NCBI GenBank assembly: GCA_020160975.1
Contig: JAIUPJ010000001.1
Span: 60,001 to 92,000, forward strand
Direction of reading: 5' to 3'
From: Candidatus Saccharimonadota bacterium
GTDB lineage: Bacteria > Patescibacteriota > Saccharimonadia > Saccharimonadales > Saccharimonadaceae
DNA length: 32,000 nt
In this document: positions 1 through 10,300 of the stretch, one piece after another
Position numbering within the stretch: the first letter of the stretch is position 1
Layout: every line of letters starts with the position of its first letter
Notes under the pieces: model-generated
Told to the model about the DNA's origin: nothing
Databases searched by the model: none
Seen by the model: only the letters and a program-made list of their open reading frames with translations
Program-made: the position numbers and the translations under genes

Positions 1-1074
1 CATGTAGTAGACATGGTCGGACGTTTGTAATTTGCGCCAATCAGCTATCAACGTCATATCACCGCAGGCGAGCACCGCTTTCTCCATGTCATATATAAAT
101 CTAATCGCTTGCTGCTGCATATCATTACCGAGCCAAGCACTGAGGTCACGCTCATTATCTGCCCAAGTGATTGTCTGAGGACAGTCAAGCACGTCTGCGG
201 GTTCAAAGCTCTCAGCCGCTTCTGTCACTGTCATGAATGTATGATCGGCCTGTGCCATCCATGCACCTGGCAGCGACTCAAGAAAGTCGAAAATTCCTGT
301 CTCGCCCCATTGATGTTCACCAAATGTCTCATAGTCCATGAATAGGTTAATGAGCGGCTGATCCCAGGATTGGCCAAGCCACCCGATGAACTTTTCGGTT
401 GTCAAGGGATAGTCTGACCACTGTCGATTTCCAAAACGAAACGCAATATCATCACTGAGCTTGTAGTTTTTTGTGAGTATCCTGATCGACTCAGCTGCAG
501 GCGGCTGATATACAAAATTCGGACTGCGCCATCCCATGATGCCGTCCCAACCTTCCGCTAGAATTGCTTTGTATCCCGCTTGGTCTGCCCACTGTGCCAG
601 CTCGTTGTTATAGCTTAGCTCGGTGTTACGAAATGCAGTGGGTGTCACGCCAAAAATAGACTGAACCTTTTCGCGGTGCATTGTCACTTGCGCTTCAAAC
701 TCTTCGCGAGAGAAGAAGAATGCCAGCGAATGATAGTAGGTTTCTGCCACTATCTCTACCCGACCTGTCGCTACTAGAGCCTTAAAGCTCTCGAGGACTT
801 CAGGTTGATACTGCTCAAACTGTTCTATCACCGTACCTGTTATCGACAGCGATAGTTTAAACTCTGGATGCGTTTCCAGCATACACAGCAGCCGTTGATT
901 AGTAGGTAGGTACGACTTATCGGCAACCTTGTGCAAAATATCTTCGTTATTCCCCCGTGCGCCAGTCGGCATATCGAAGTAATTATGGCTATAGCCCGCA
1001 TCAAAGATACTATACGGTCGAATTCGGTACGGTTGATGGACGTGAAGATAGAGAACTATGGCACGCTTACTCAT
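1..1074 (-). CDS. Glycoside hydrolase family 57 (alpha-amylase / 4-alpha-glucanotransferase / branching-enzyme type), N-terminal 358 codons; the C-terminus lies beyond the left window edge
   Basis: Absent from the ORF track because it is truncated. My minus-strand translation from ATG 1074..1072 reads MSKRAIVLYLHVHQPYRIRPY...TGRVEIVAETYYHSLAFFF...LFMDYETFGEHQWGE...WRKLQTSDHVYYM and stays open to position 1. The HQP, ETYYH, ETFGEH and TSDHxYYM blocks are GH57 hallmarks. The start overlaps the upstream GT stop as ATGA (1074..1071). Confidence 0.85.
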   Translation of the reverse strand, partial: MSKRAIVLYLHVHQPYRIRPYSIFDAGYSHNYFDMPTGARGNNEDILHKVADKSYLPTNQRLLCMLETHPEFKLSLSITGTVIEQFEQYQPEVLESFKALVATGRVEIVAETYYHSLAFFFSREEFEAQVTMHREKVQSIFGVTPTAFRNTELSYNNELAQWADQAGYKAILAEGWDGIMGWRSPNFVYQPPAAESIRILTKNYKLSDDIAFRFGNRQWSDYPLTTEKFIGWLGQSWDQPLINLFMDYETFGEHQWGETGIFDFLESLPGAWMAQADHTFMTVTEAAESFEPADVLDCPQTITWADNERDLSAWLGNDMQQQAIRFIYDMEKAVLACGDMTLIADWRKLQTSDHVYYM

Positions 1075-2318
1075 ATGGTAGCTCCCACCATGCGACGCTG
1101 CTCGTGCACTACTCGATGATACTGCCTGTGGATGTTTCGAGACACAGGCGCCCATGTATGGAGCGACTGCTCCTGCTGAGCATTTCGCAGCAGGTCATCG
1201 TGGAGTGATCGGTGCTCGAGCACAGCACAAATTTGATCAGCCATACGGAAAGTGTCCCAATAATCAGCCTTCAGCACATGCTGAAGGGCTTCAGCGATTC
1301 CTGATTGTTTCGAAATCAGCGCTGGCGCGCCATACGCAACTGATTCGTAGGGCACCATCCCCAACGGCTCCGATACCGACGGCATAACAAACAAGTCAGC
1401 CATTCGAAATCCATCGCGCCACTGCTTACCAATCCCCTCGACACGACCCGTAAATATCACATTTCGAGCAATACCTAGAGATGCAGCCTGTTCAAGAAGC
1501 TCAGGAATCTGCTCACCGCCGCCCATTAACAAAAAAAGTGTCTTTGGGCGCTTTTCTATCACCAACTTGGCTGCTTCGAGCAAATAATAGATACCTTTTT
1601 GTACAGTCATACGGCCCGCATTAATCACCACGCCGTATCCTGCATCTCTCATCGACTGGATATAGCGATAGGTGTCATGCTCCTCGTCGATCAGTACCCG
1701 CGGAATCTCCATAACATTACGGGCTACCGAGATCTTTTCGGCGGGGAGATCGTATTGTTCAATCAAGGTCTGCTTGGTGCGTTCACTGACGGCAAAAATA
1801 TGATCAGCCATATGGAGCCCCATGTATTCGATCTCTCTCACTAGCGGATTACCATGTCCACCGCCAGCACGGTCGTACTCAGTTGCATGAATGTGCACGA
1901 ACAGAGGCAGGCCGCTGATACGTTTTGCCTCGATACCGGCTTTCAATGTCAACCAGTCGTGAGCATGGATAATATCAAAACTCCCTAGCTTAACCGTATG
2001 GCGCAGGTTGTTAGCAAATGCATGGACTTGCTCGTAGAGTGTGCGAGTTTTCTTGTGTCCATCAGCTGCAGTTATTTCGTAATATGTCGAGTCGTAGGTA
2101 CCTCCACTTTTCATGAGCGTCGTGGCATCTTGGTCGAGTGCGGCAGTTACCTTCATGTGCGAAATACTCGAGTAATTGCCTTGGAAGGGTAGTACGAACT
2201 CAATACTCGCGCCATCTCTTGCCATCTGGCGAGTGAGCTGATCGCAAACAACACCCATGCCTCCGACATAGTGTGGCGGCAACTCCCACCCTAGCATTAG
2301 TATGTTCATGTCAATCAT
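1071..2318 (-). CDS. GT-B retaining glycosyltransferase (GT4/GT5), glycogen/alpha-glucan synthase-like
   Basis: 415-aa ORF. The N-terminus MNILMLGWELPPHYVGGMGVV resembles the glycogen-synthase-type G-rich loop. The C-terminus has an E-x7-E motif (SEPLGMVPYES). It is translationally coupled to the GH57 gene. The start could be M1 (2318) or M4 (2309). Confidence 0.8.
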   Translation of the reverse strand: MIDMNILMLGWELPPHYVGGMGVVCDQLTRQMARDGASIEFVLPFQGNYSSISHMKVTAALDQDATTLMKSGGTYDSTYYEITAADGHKKTRTLYEQVHAFANNLRHTVKLGSFDIIHAHDWLTLKAGIEAKRISGLPLFVHIHATEYDRAGGGHGNPLVREIEYMGLHMADHIFAVSERTKQTLIEQYDLPAEKISVARNVMEIPRVLIDEEHDTYRYIQSMRDAGYGVVINAGRMTVQKGIYYLLEAAKLVIEKRPKTLFLLMGGGEQIPELLEQAASLGIARNVIFTGRVEGIGKQWRDGFRMADLFVMPSVSEPLGMVPYESVAYGAPALISKQSGIAEALQHVLKADYWDTFRMADQICAVLEHRSLHDDLLRNAQQEQSLHTWAPVSRNIHRQYHRVVHEQRRMVGATI

Positions 2319-2429
2319 GGTGGACTCTGGTGAGTCCGCACAGGCCCCTCTGTTGGTTATGCTTTTCTGGTTTTATTATAACGCCGCTTATGGCAAGAAG
2401 CAACTAGGGACAACGCTGGCTTTTCCACA

Positions 2430-3437
2430 GTGTCAACAGCCATGGAATTTGCTACACTAGGTGCAGTGAATACCCCAAAAGAAATCCAAAATGTTTTTGA
2501 TGACGTCCATCATTTTTTCGTACAACCAAATGCTTTTCGTTCGATTTTGATTCTGATTTTTTCGCTCCTTGCAGCTTACTGGATGAGTCGATTTCTGGCC
2601 CAAGCTATTGTCGCCGTCGCTCAACGCATTGCGGTGCGGAGTGACCAAGAATCTGACGATCAGCAGGCGCTCAAATTACGTCAAGTAGAGACCTACCTCG
2701 GAGTAGCTGTCGCCGTGGTGCGTGCGCTCGTCGTGGCATTGGTCGGCTACTTTGCTTGGCGAGCGCTCAGTCCCTTCGCAGGCGGCGGTGCAGCCAATGG
2801 GGCTGCAGCCATTGGTGCTGGTGCGTTCTTCGTCGTGATAGCCGGTCAGACGGTCGGCATCGTCTTGAGAGACCTTACGGCAGGAGCCATCATGATCGCC
2901 GAGGATTGGTTTAAGATTGGTGATTTTATCAGGGTAGAGCCTTTTATGGACGTCGCAGGCGTCGTAGAGCGGTTTACGCTTCGATCAACTCGCTTACGCG
3001 CCCTCAACGGTGAGATTATCTGGCTACACAATCAACACATGACAGCAGTACACGTCACCCCTCACGGAGTGCGCACCATGGCGGTTGACGTGTTTGTACG
3101 AGATAGAGAGGCGGGCGAAGTGGCTATCAATAAAATTATATCGGCATTACCAAAGGGCAAGACTATGCTCGCAAAGCCACTCCGCATCACTGGCACCGAA
3201 GAATGGGGTGAAAACCGCTGGCGCATTACTGTCATGGGCCAGACGGCACCCGGTCGTGAATGGCTGATAGAGAAGTTCTTTGTTGAGGCGCTCGTCGATA
3301 TTGATGACGGAAAAGTCGGCAGCAAGAAACTACTCGCACTACCGCCAATGCCGCGCTATGCCGATGCTGTCGCCGACAAGCGCTTCAACCGTGCGGTCCG
3401 CGTCAAGCAAGAAGGAGAGCGCAAGAACAGGCAGTAG
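2430..3437 (+). CDS. Mechanosensitive ion channel family protein (MscS-like)
   Basis: 335-aa ORF with N-terminal TM helices and an MscS beta-domain signature (WFKIGDFIRV...AGVVERFTLRSTRLRALNGEIIWLHNQHM). The start is GTG 2430 or ATG 2442. The stop is TAG. Confidence 0.8.
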   Translation: MSTAMEFATLGAVNTPKEIQNVFDDVHHFFVQPNAFRSILILIFSLLAAYWMSRFLAQAIVAVAQRIAVRSDQESDDQQALKLRQVETYLGVAVAVVRALVVALVGYFAWRALSPFAGGGAANGAAAIGAGAFFVVIAGQTVGIVLRDLTAGAIMIAEDWFKIGDFIRVEPFMDVAGVVERFTLRSTRLRALNGEIIWLHNQHMTAVHVTPHGVRTMAVDVFVRDREAGEVAINKIISALPKGKTMLAKPLRITGTEEWGENRWRITVMGQTAPGREWLIEKFFVEALVDIDDGKVGSKKLLALPPMPRYADAVADKRFNRAVRVKQEGERKNRQ

Positions 3438-3454
3438 CAGAGAGGTGTGAGGTT

Positions 3455-3463
3455 TGGTATAAT
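3455..3463 (+). promoter_or_regulatory. Candidate extended -10 promoter element (TGgTATAAT) for tRNA-Trp-1
   Basis: TGGTATAAT lies 15 nt upstream of the mature tRNA 5' end. Confidence 0.4.
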
Positions 3464-3478
3464 ACCTCAGTACACTAT

Positions 3479-3553
3479 AGGGGTATAGTATAACGGCTAA
3501 TATAAAGGTCTCCAAAACCTTAGATCGTGGTTCGATTCCACGTACCCCTGCCA
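3479..3553 (+). tRNA. tRNA-Trp (anticodon CCA), atypical AT-rich copy with encoded CCA
   Basis: Manual cloverleaf: AGGGGTA TA GTAT AACGGCTA ATAT A AAGGT CTCCAAA ACCTT AGAT CGTGG TTCGATT CCACG TACCCCT G CCA. All stems pair. The features are A1-U72 and G73 as in bacterial tRNA-Trp, plus a 4-nt variable loop. Length is 75 nt. Confidence 0.85.
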
Positions 3554-3555
3554 TA

Positions 3556-3588
3556 GAAAAACGACGACCATTTGGTTGTCGTTTTTCT
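3556..3588. terminator. Bidirectional rho-independent terminator-like hairpin after tRNA-Trp-1
   Basis: GAAAAACGACGACC-attt-GGTTGTCGTTTTTC, with an A-run 5' and a T-run 3'. Confidence 0.6.
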
Positions 3589-3610
3589 ATATACTGGAGT
3601 TGTCTGGTGT

Positions 3611-3735
3611 CGAGCCTAGATCGCGACAGCTTGCTGGCGCATAGATCTAGGTGCGGCTAATCAAGATTGACCGAAGGAGCTTGCTCATTCGCAGCAATCG
3701 CAGATTATACCTTAGTATTCCTAGTGCCCCTGCCA
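3611..3735 (+). ncRNA. tRNA-Trp-derived structured element, unit A (candidate tRNA-like sRNA or decayed tRNA copy)
   Basis: The 3' 27 nt (ACCTTAGTATTCCTAGTGCCCCTGCCA) align to tRNA-Trp-1 from the anticodon-stem 3' strand to CCA with a 10-nt deletion. It shares the D-loop string CGGCTAAT. Hairpins are at 3615-3651 (CCTAGATC/GATCTAGG with an inner CAG-CUUG-CUG) and 3673-3690 (GAAgGAG-CUUG-CUCaUUC). It is homologous to unit B with compensatory stem changes. Confidence 0.45.
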
Positions 3736-3739
3736 AGAA

Positions 3740-3767
3740 AATACGGTAACCGAAAGGTTGCCGTATT
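3740..3767. terminator. Terminator-like hairpin after unit A
   Basis: AATACGGtAACC-GAAA-GGTTgCCGTATT. The loop is a GNRA tetraloop on the + strand, flanked by A-rich and T-rich runs. Confidence 0.5.
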
Positions 3768-3793
3768 TACTTGGCCACATGGATGCGGAGGAT

Positions 3794-3922
3794 TGAGTTT
3801 CGATCTGCGGATTGCTTCAGGAAGGAGCGTAGATCGAAGTGCGCTAACCAAGTTTGACCGAGGGAGTTCGCTCACTCGCAGCTAGTGAATATTATAACTT
3901 AGTATTCTTCGTGCCCCTGCCA
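3794..3922 (+). ncRNA. tRNA-Trp-derived structured element, unit B (paralog of unit A)
   Basis: It ends in ...ACTTAGTATTCTTCGTGCCCCTGCCA. Hairpins are at 3799-3838 (TTCGATCT/AGATCGAA) and 3860-3877 (GAGgGAG-UUCG-CUCaCUC). The linker and 3' tail are roughly 85% identical by eye to unit A. Confidence 0.45.
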
Positions 3923-4209
3923 AACTGGATAGATCTCCATAGTGAAGTCTTTTTTTGTTTCCTTCGCCTCCGTTATTAATATTGTTTTCAATAGTTTTGG
4001 TTAAAATAGTACGCTGTAAGTATATCTCCTGGCTGTATGAATATCTCTCTTTCTATGCACACGAGTGGTGTAACTATTGAAAAATGTGAAGGTTTTGATT
4101 GTACTGTCATGGGGATTAGGCTACTAATACCATAATAACAGAAGACTATGACGCCGAATGTGCGAGAAAACATGGGTCTTCTTTTAGTGTTCAGCTTTCC
4201 GAACATCAT
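3923..4209 (-). pseudogene. Decayed paralog of the ApbE-like gene at 13571..14278 (frame-disrupted, internally deleted)
   Basis: 3915-3990 aligns by eye to 13641-13720, for example CTGCCAAACtGGATAGATCTC versus CTGCCAAACaGGATAGATCTC. GTTTTGGTTAAAAtaGTACGCT aligns to 13846-13868 in a different frame, which implies a deletion of about 125 nt. The 73-aa ORF 3988..4209 is only the residual frame. Confidence 0.5.
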
Positions 4210-4335
4210 GCCAGAGAACTAGCTATCAACCTATTATACTATGCATAAACCGCGCCCAAACCCCAAACTATTATGGTCCATTACGTTTATGGTGTATAAT
4301 CATTTCAACAGTTCAAGTTGGAGTAAATATAATTG

Positions 4336-7300
4336 ATGATGCGAATTTTTCGGGTAGTACTCCGGGTCTGGCACCATTCTAGGCTAGGCTTCATATTTGT
4401 CTCTATTTGCAGATGGTTCTATCTGTTTATGCGTAAACTCTTCACAGCTCCTCACCGTGCAGCCTATCAGCGCTTTTCGTGGTATCAGAGATGGAACAAT
4501 GGAACCGTTCTAAGCAGGCTACACATTCCACTCTTTCCCCTAGCGGCTGTCATCAGTACTACGTTAGTTGTAGTTGGTGTTTTTTTCATGTCGGTCAACG
4601 CCCTGTCCGACATTACGGACGTATGGGATTTCAGCGATAATTCAGACTACGCGGTATCTGACGGAGTGGAGGTGGTTGATTCTGCAGCCAAGCTTAAGTT
4701 TAACGAATATGCCGCCGACAGCGAGACGGTCGGTCTTTATCACTTTAATGAAATTAATGGCAGTACTGCCAGCGACAGTTCGTCTTACGCCAATTCCGCT
4801 ACGGTTTTTGACTCGGTTTTTGACGGGGGTATCCTTAACAACAGTTTGAGGCTGGACGGCAGCCTGAGTCGTGCGGTTGTTCCTAGTTCTCCATCCCTTA
4901 AGCTCACCCGGGACAATACAATCGAAGCATGGACAAAATTTGATAACTCATTTTCAACCAGCGCCGTACGGCGGCAGGGGATTGTCGACAAGGGCGACTA
5001 CCAGATGTACTTTAATAACGAAACTGGTAAGCTCACCTACGAGCTAGCCGACAAGAACGCCAGCGGCTGGACTCAGGCAGGCGGTAACAATGTTAATAGC
5101 AGCTGGGATCAAAGCGGCAACCGTTCCGTCAATGCGCAGGTCAAGATTGGTACAGATATTTTTGTAGGAATAGGAACTGATATAGGTGACGCTGAGGTTT
5201 GGAAATGGAGCGGTACGAACTGGAGCAAGATTGGCGGCGGCACGCCTGCTATCAACGGGAGCTGGGATGCCAACACCTACGAAGGAGTTTATTCACTGGC
5301 GACTGATGGAACCAACCTTTACGCCGGGCTCGGCACGGGTACCGGCGAAGGCGAAGTGTGGATGTGGAACGGGACGGCCTGGGCGAAAATCGGCGGCGAT
5401 AGCGTTAATGGAGGCTGGACGAACTACGCCGAGCAGGTGTGGATGCTTGATTATTTTGGTGGCAATTTATACGCAGGTCTAGGCAACACCGCCGGCGACG
5501 CAGAAATATGGAGATGGAACGGGACGGCCTGGACGAAAATTGGCGGCGACAACATTAACGCAGGCTGGACCACTGTGTACGAAGCAGTTACCGGTCTCAC
5601 TAACGACGGCACGAATCTCTACGCTGGACTTGGATCAACGGCTGGTGATTCTGAAGTGTGGATGTGGAACGGGTCGAGCTGGAGTAAGATTGGCGGCGAC
5701 AGCGTAAATGGGGGCTGGGATACAACCATAGAGACCGTCCGAAGCCTAAAGCATTTTGGCGGTAACCTGTATGCAGGCCTGGGTGACACAGCTGGCGACG
5801 CAGAAGTTTGGCGGTGGAACGGATCCGCGTGGACGAAAATCGGCGGCGACGCAGTGAGCGGAAGCTGGGCCAATGCAACCTACGAGCAAGTTACCGCTTT
5901 TGCATGGGATGGCACCAACCTGTATGCAGGGCTAGGAATCGGCAACGGCGACGGTGAGGTCTGGCGGTGGAACGGATCCGCGTGGACGAAAATCGGCGGC
6001 GACGCGCTAAGCGGTAGCTGGACAGCGAACCAAGGAGACGCAGTTAATTCATTACTATTTAATGATGGAAAGCTCTATACCGGTACATACGACGCGGCCG
6101 GCGATGGCTTATTCTACAGCTTTAATGGCACCAGCTGGACGCAGCTAGGCGGCGCATATGTTAATGAAAGTTGGGGTATGTACGGCGTCGGTTCAATGCA
6201 AGTAATGCAAGCTCAGGGTGGTTATCTCTACGCAGGGACGGGCACCGCGGCAGGCAATGCGCTCGTTTATCGCTTTGACGGTACTAGTTGGGAGCTGGTA
6301 GGTGGTCAGGGGGTTAACTCAAGTTGGAGTCCTTTTGCCCGATCGGTCGTGTATAGCATGGCAAGCTTTCAGGGCAACTTATACGTCGGCCTCGGCAACG
6401 GAGCCAACAATGCGGAACTTTGGCGCTGGGATGGAAACAGCTGGACGATCATAGCCGGTAATACGGTTGGCAGTAGTTGGGGCAGTAATTATGAGGAAGT
6501 TGACGCCCTAGCGACCGATGGTCAGTATCTATATGCTGGGCTCGGCAACAGCGCTCAAGATGGAGACGTATGGCGGTATGACGGCTCTGCTTGGCAAAAA
6601 ATTGGCGGCGATAGCCTGAACGGCGGTTGGACAACGGGAAATAACATTTATAATATTTATTCTCTGGCGGTTTACAAAGGGAAACTTATAGCCGGCCTAG
6701 GCCGCACTGCAGGACAGGGGCAGGCATGGTCATGGAATGGTTCAGCGTGGACAAAAATTGGCGGCAATGGCGTAAATGGCAGCTGGGATAGCGCTGGCAA
6801 TAACACTGAATCTGTCGAGAGTCTAATTACTTACAATGGTAGGCTCTATGCCGGATTAGGAGCCACGACAGGAGATGGTGCGGTCTGGGAGTATGATGAT
6901 GCATCGTGGCAGAAAGTCGGTGGCGACGAACTTAATGATAGTTGGGTATCTGGTACCTACGAAAGAGTAAAAACACTGAGTGTCTATAATGGTGATCTGT
7001 ACGCAGGGCTTGGCAGTACTGTGTCTCGCGGTGAAGTCTGGCGTTATCGGTCTGGTGTGTGGGAAAAAATCGGCGGGAACGGCATAAACAGTGGCTGGTC
7101 AAACGCCATTGAAGAGATTAGGTCGTTTAGCGCATATAAGGGTAAATTTTATGTTGGTCTCGGTACAACCGCAGCCGCCGATGCGCAGGTATGGAGTTGG
7201 GGGAATAATGCATTCTTAGAGTCAAATACCTCATCTTGGGATAATGATTGGCATCATGTAGCAGCAAGCTACGACGGCTCAACTATGAAACTATATGTTG

Positions 7301-10300
7301 ACGGTAGCGAAGACGGATCACGAACAGTTGCCGTTCAGATCGCCGAAAATGACCGGAGCCTACTCATTGGTGATGCGTACGGCGGGCGTGAATACGGCAA
7401 ACCAAGCGGTAATTTTGATGGCTTGATAGATGAACTGCGCATCAGCAACGTTGCTCGTACGGCGTTCAATACCGAACCTTTTTCAGATGATGCCGAGACA
7501 GTGCAGCCAGTCGCGGCTATACGTAAAGATGGCATATGGCATTGGGATGAATTCAGCCACATTACTTCTGGCGGCGGAACGGTTAAGTATAGATTGTCTG
7601 ACGATGAAGGCGCCAGCTGGAAATACTGGGACGGTACTACCTGGACAGTTTCTAGTGATCTGGGCATGACCAATACAGCGAGTGAGGTCGATGATAATAT
7701 AGCAGATTTTCCGGTGACGTTTGGCGGCCTGCTGTGGCAGGGCGTCCTACAAGGCGACGGTAATCAACGTGTGACGCTGAGCAATGTCACCGTGAAATCA
7801 ACTTCAGATGATACACTACCAGACACCAGCGGCCTGGCTATTACTGCCAAAAAGGCACATGGTGGCGCTACCTTAACAGACAGCGCATGGACGAATGGCT
7901 CGTCACCCGAATTTAACTGGTCTGGCGCGAGTGATGGCGACTCCGGCCTTGCCGGGTATTGTCTCTACATCGGTACAGACCAAACAGCCAACCCGACCAC
8001 CACAAAAGGCATGCTTGGTACGAGCCCGGTACTCACCGGTGATAAGTGTCAGTACATTGTGTCAGCCTCAACGCTTGACCTTTCATCGCCAGGCGCCTTA
8101 GCCTCGGCCCTCACGAGCAGCAACGACTTTTATTACCTACGTGTGAGCGCTATCGACAAAGCCGGCAATATATCAACCGACATTAAAACCTTTAGTTTTA
8201 AGTTTGATAACACAGCACCGTCAACCCCGGGATTCATCAGCGCTCCGTCTGGCTTCGTCAGCAACAAAGCCGTGACGCTTAGCTGGCCGACTACTGGTGG
8301 CGATGCTCCGGCCGATGCTAATTCTGGCTTGGCCGGCCTACAGTACCGCATAGGGCCTTCGGGCACATGGTACGGAGCCGCGCACGCAGGCACGGGTGAC
8401 CAGACCGATCTACTGACGAATAGCGGCAGCTACACCATGCAAGATCCGCCCGACTTCGCCAATCTTGTTGACGGTATCAACACCGTATACTTCAGAGCAT
8501 TCGACACTGCCGGAAATATTTCAACTGGTTTTGCAACCGCAGCTATCAAGCTCAACACTAGTGGCGCGCCGAGCGAACCGCTTAGTATCTCGGCCAGCCC
8601 AAGCACTAATTCCACCAACTCGTTTAGTTTTAGCTGGAGCCCACCGAACACCTTTGTCGGTGATGTCAATAACTTGACCTATTGCTACACCGTTAATGCG
8701 GCTCCGAATGCCGGCAACTGTAGCTACACCGGTGCAGGCAATACCAGTTTACCCTCAGGCGCATATGCCACTCAGCCAGGAATTAACACACTCTACCTAG
8801 CGGCTAAAGATGAATCCGGTAGTATTAATTACTCTAATTACGGGACGGCAGAATTTACCGCCAATACGACCGCGCCAGGGCTACCACTCAACGCCGACAT
8901 TGCCGACGTCTCCATTAAATCTACCAATAAGTGGCGTCTGGCTCTCACTTGGGACGAGCCGACCAGCCAGGGGTCGGGGGTCGCCAAATACGATATTTAT
9001 AGATCAACCGATGACGACCAATATTCATACGTTGGCACCAGCTCAAGCACGACTTATATTGACGCAGGTCTACAGCAAATTACGTATCACTATAAAGTTA
9101 AAGCGTGTGATAATACTAACAACTGCGGCGCCTACAGCAGTAGTGTCAGCTATCTACCGACAGGTCGGTTCACCGACCCAGCCGCTCTCGTCGCCGAACC
9201 AGAGGTGTCTGACATTACCACCCGAAAAGCAACGATTCGGTGGAGTACCGACAGGGCAAGCGACTCAAAAATTGCTATCGGTACGACCAGCGGTCAGTAC
9301 GGCCCATCGGAGGTTTCAAACTCAGACCAAGTCAGTGCACATGAGGTCAATCTCGACAACCTCGCTGCCGGCACGACGTACTACTATGTGGCGAGGTGGA
9401 CTGACGAAGACGGTAACACCGGTAACAGCCAAGAATTTACCTTCCGAACAGCTCCGCCACCAACGCTTAAGGAAATCACCGCCACGCTCGTTGGCCTAGA
9501 TGGCGTTACTATTCAATTCATCTCCAAAAACGCTACGAAAGTCGATGTACTATTCGGGCCATCAGAGTCATTTGGCGGTATCAAAACGATCAACACTTCG
9601 CTCGAAGAATCCGCCTACACTGTAAACCTCGATGCACTCACCGACGGTACTAAGTACTTCTATAAGATCGTCTCGTATGACAAAGAGGGAAGCAAGTACG
9701 ATGGTAGCACTCAGTCATTCACGACTCCGCCAAAACCAAGAATTAGCGAGATGAAGTTCCAACCGATACCAGGAAAACCAACCAGCACACAGCAGGTAAC
9801 TTGGCGCACGAACGTACCATCTACTACAAGGGTGGTATACGGTCTCCTAGGAAGCGGGGGAGAAGAGAAGACTGTGCCTGGCATGACGGCCGAGCACACA
9901 ATCGAAATCAACGATCTAATTGATGATAGCCAGTACTTCATCGTGGCACAGTCACGCGATGCAAACGGTAATCTAGCGGTATCAGATCGGCAAGTATTTA
10001 AGACGGCGGAGGACACCAGGCAACCGACGATCGATAATGTATCGATTCAGACATCCATCGATGGCGCCGGTTCATCGGCAAGAGGACGAGTTGTTATATC
10101 TTGGCGTACGGACGAACCGGCGACGAGCCAGGTCGCATATGAGCAGGGGTCCGATAAAACAATCTTCAGTACCAAAACGCCCGAAGACACCGGCCTGTCA
10201 TTCGAGCACGTCGTCATCGTTACTGATCTTCCTACTTCCCGGGTATACAGTATCAAGCCAATTTCATACGATAAATCACGAAATGAAAGCGACGGATCAG

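Noticed and set aside
3479-3553. The extra, atypical tRNA might be a UGA suppressor or evidence of an alternative code, as in some candidate phyla.
   Set aside because: The anticodon is plainly CCA (loop CUCCAAA), which reads only UGG. TGA terminates four good CDS here: the GT at 1071, the ATP-grasp-HAD fusion, GT4 and EpsG. The 2016-codon giant ORF needs no recoding.
3611-3922. Units A and B might encode short peptides or a type I toxin on the minus strand. Each has a TATAAT followed by MSKLLRSILISRT* in A and VSELPRSNLVSAL... in B.
   Set aside because: Substitutions between the units are radical at the peptide level (K/E, L/P, I/N, R/A), and ORF length is not conserved. The same differences are pair-preserving in two RNA stems. 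The tetraloop classes (CUUG, UUCG, GAAA) only make sense on the + strand.
5090-7210. The regular ~150-nt periodicity could be mistaken for a CRISPR-like or satellite array.
   Set aside because: The periodicity lies entirely inside one uninterrupted reading frame and corresponds to 50-53-aa protein repeats. There are no short direct repeats with unique spacers anywhere in the window.
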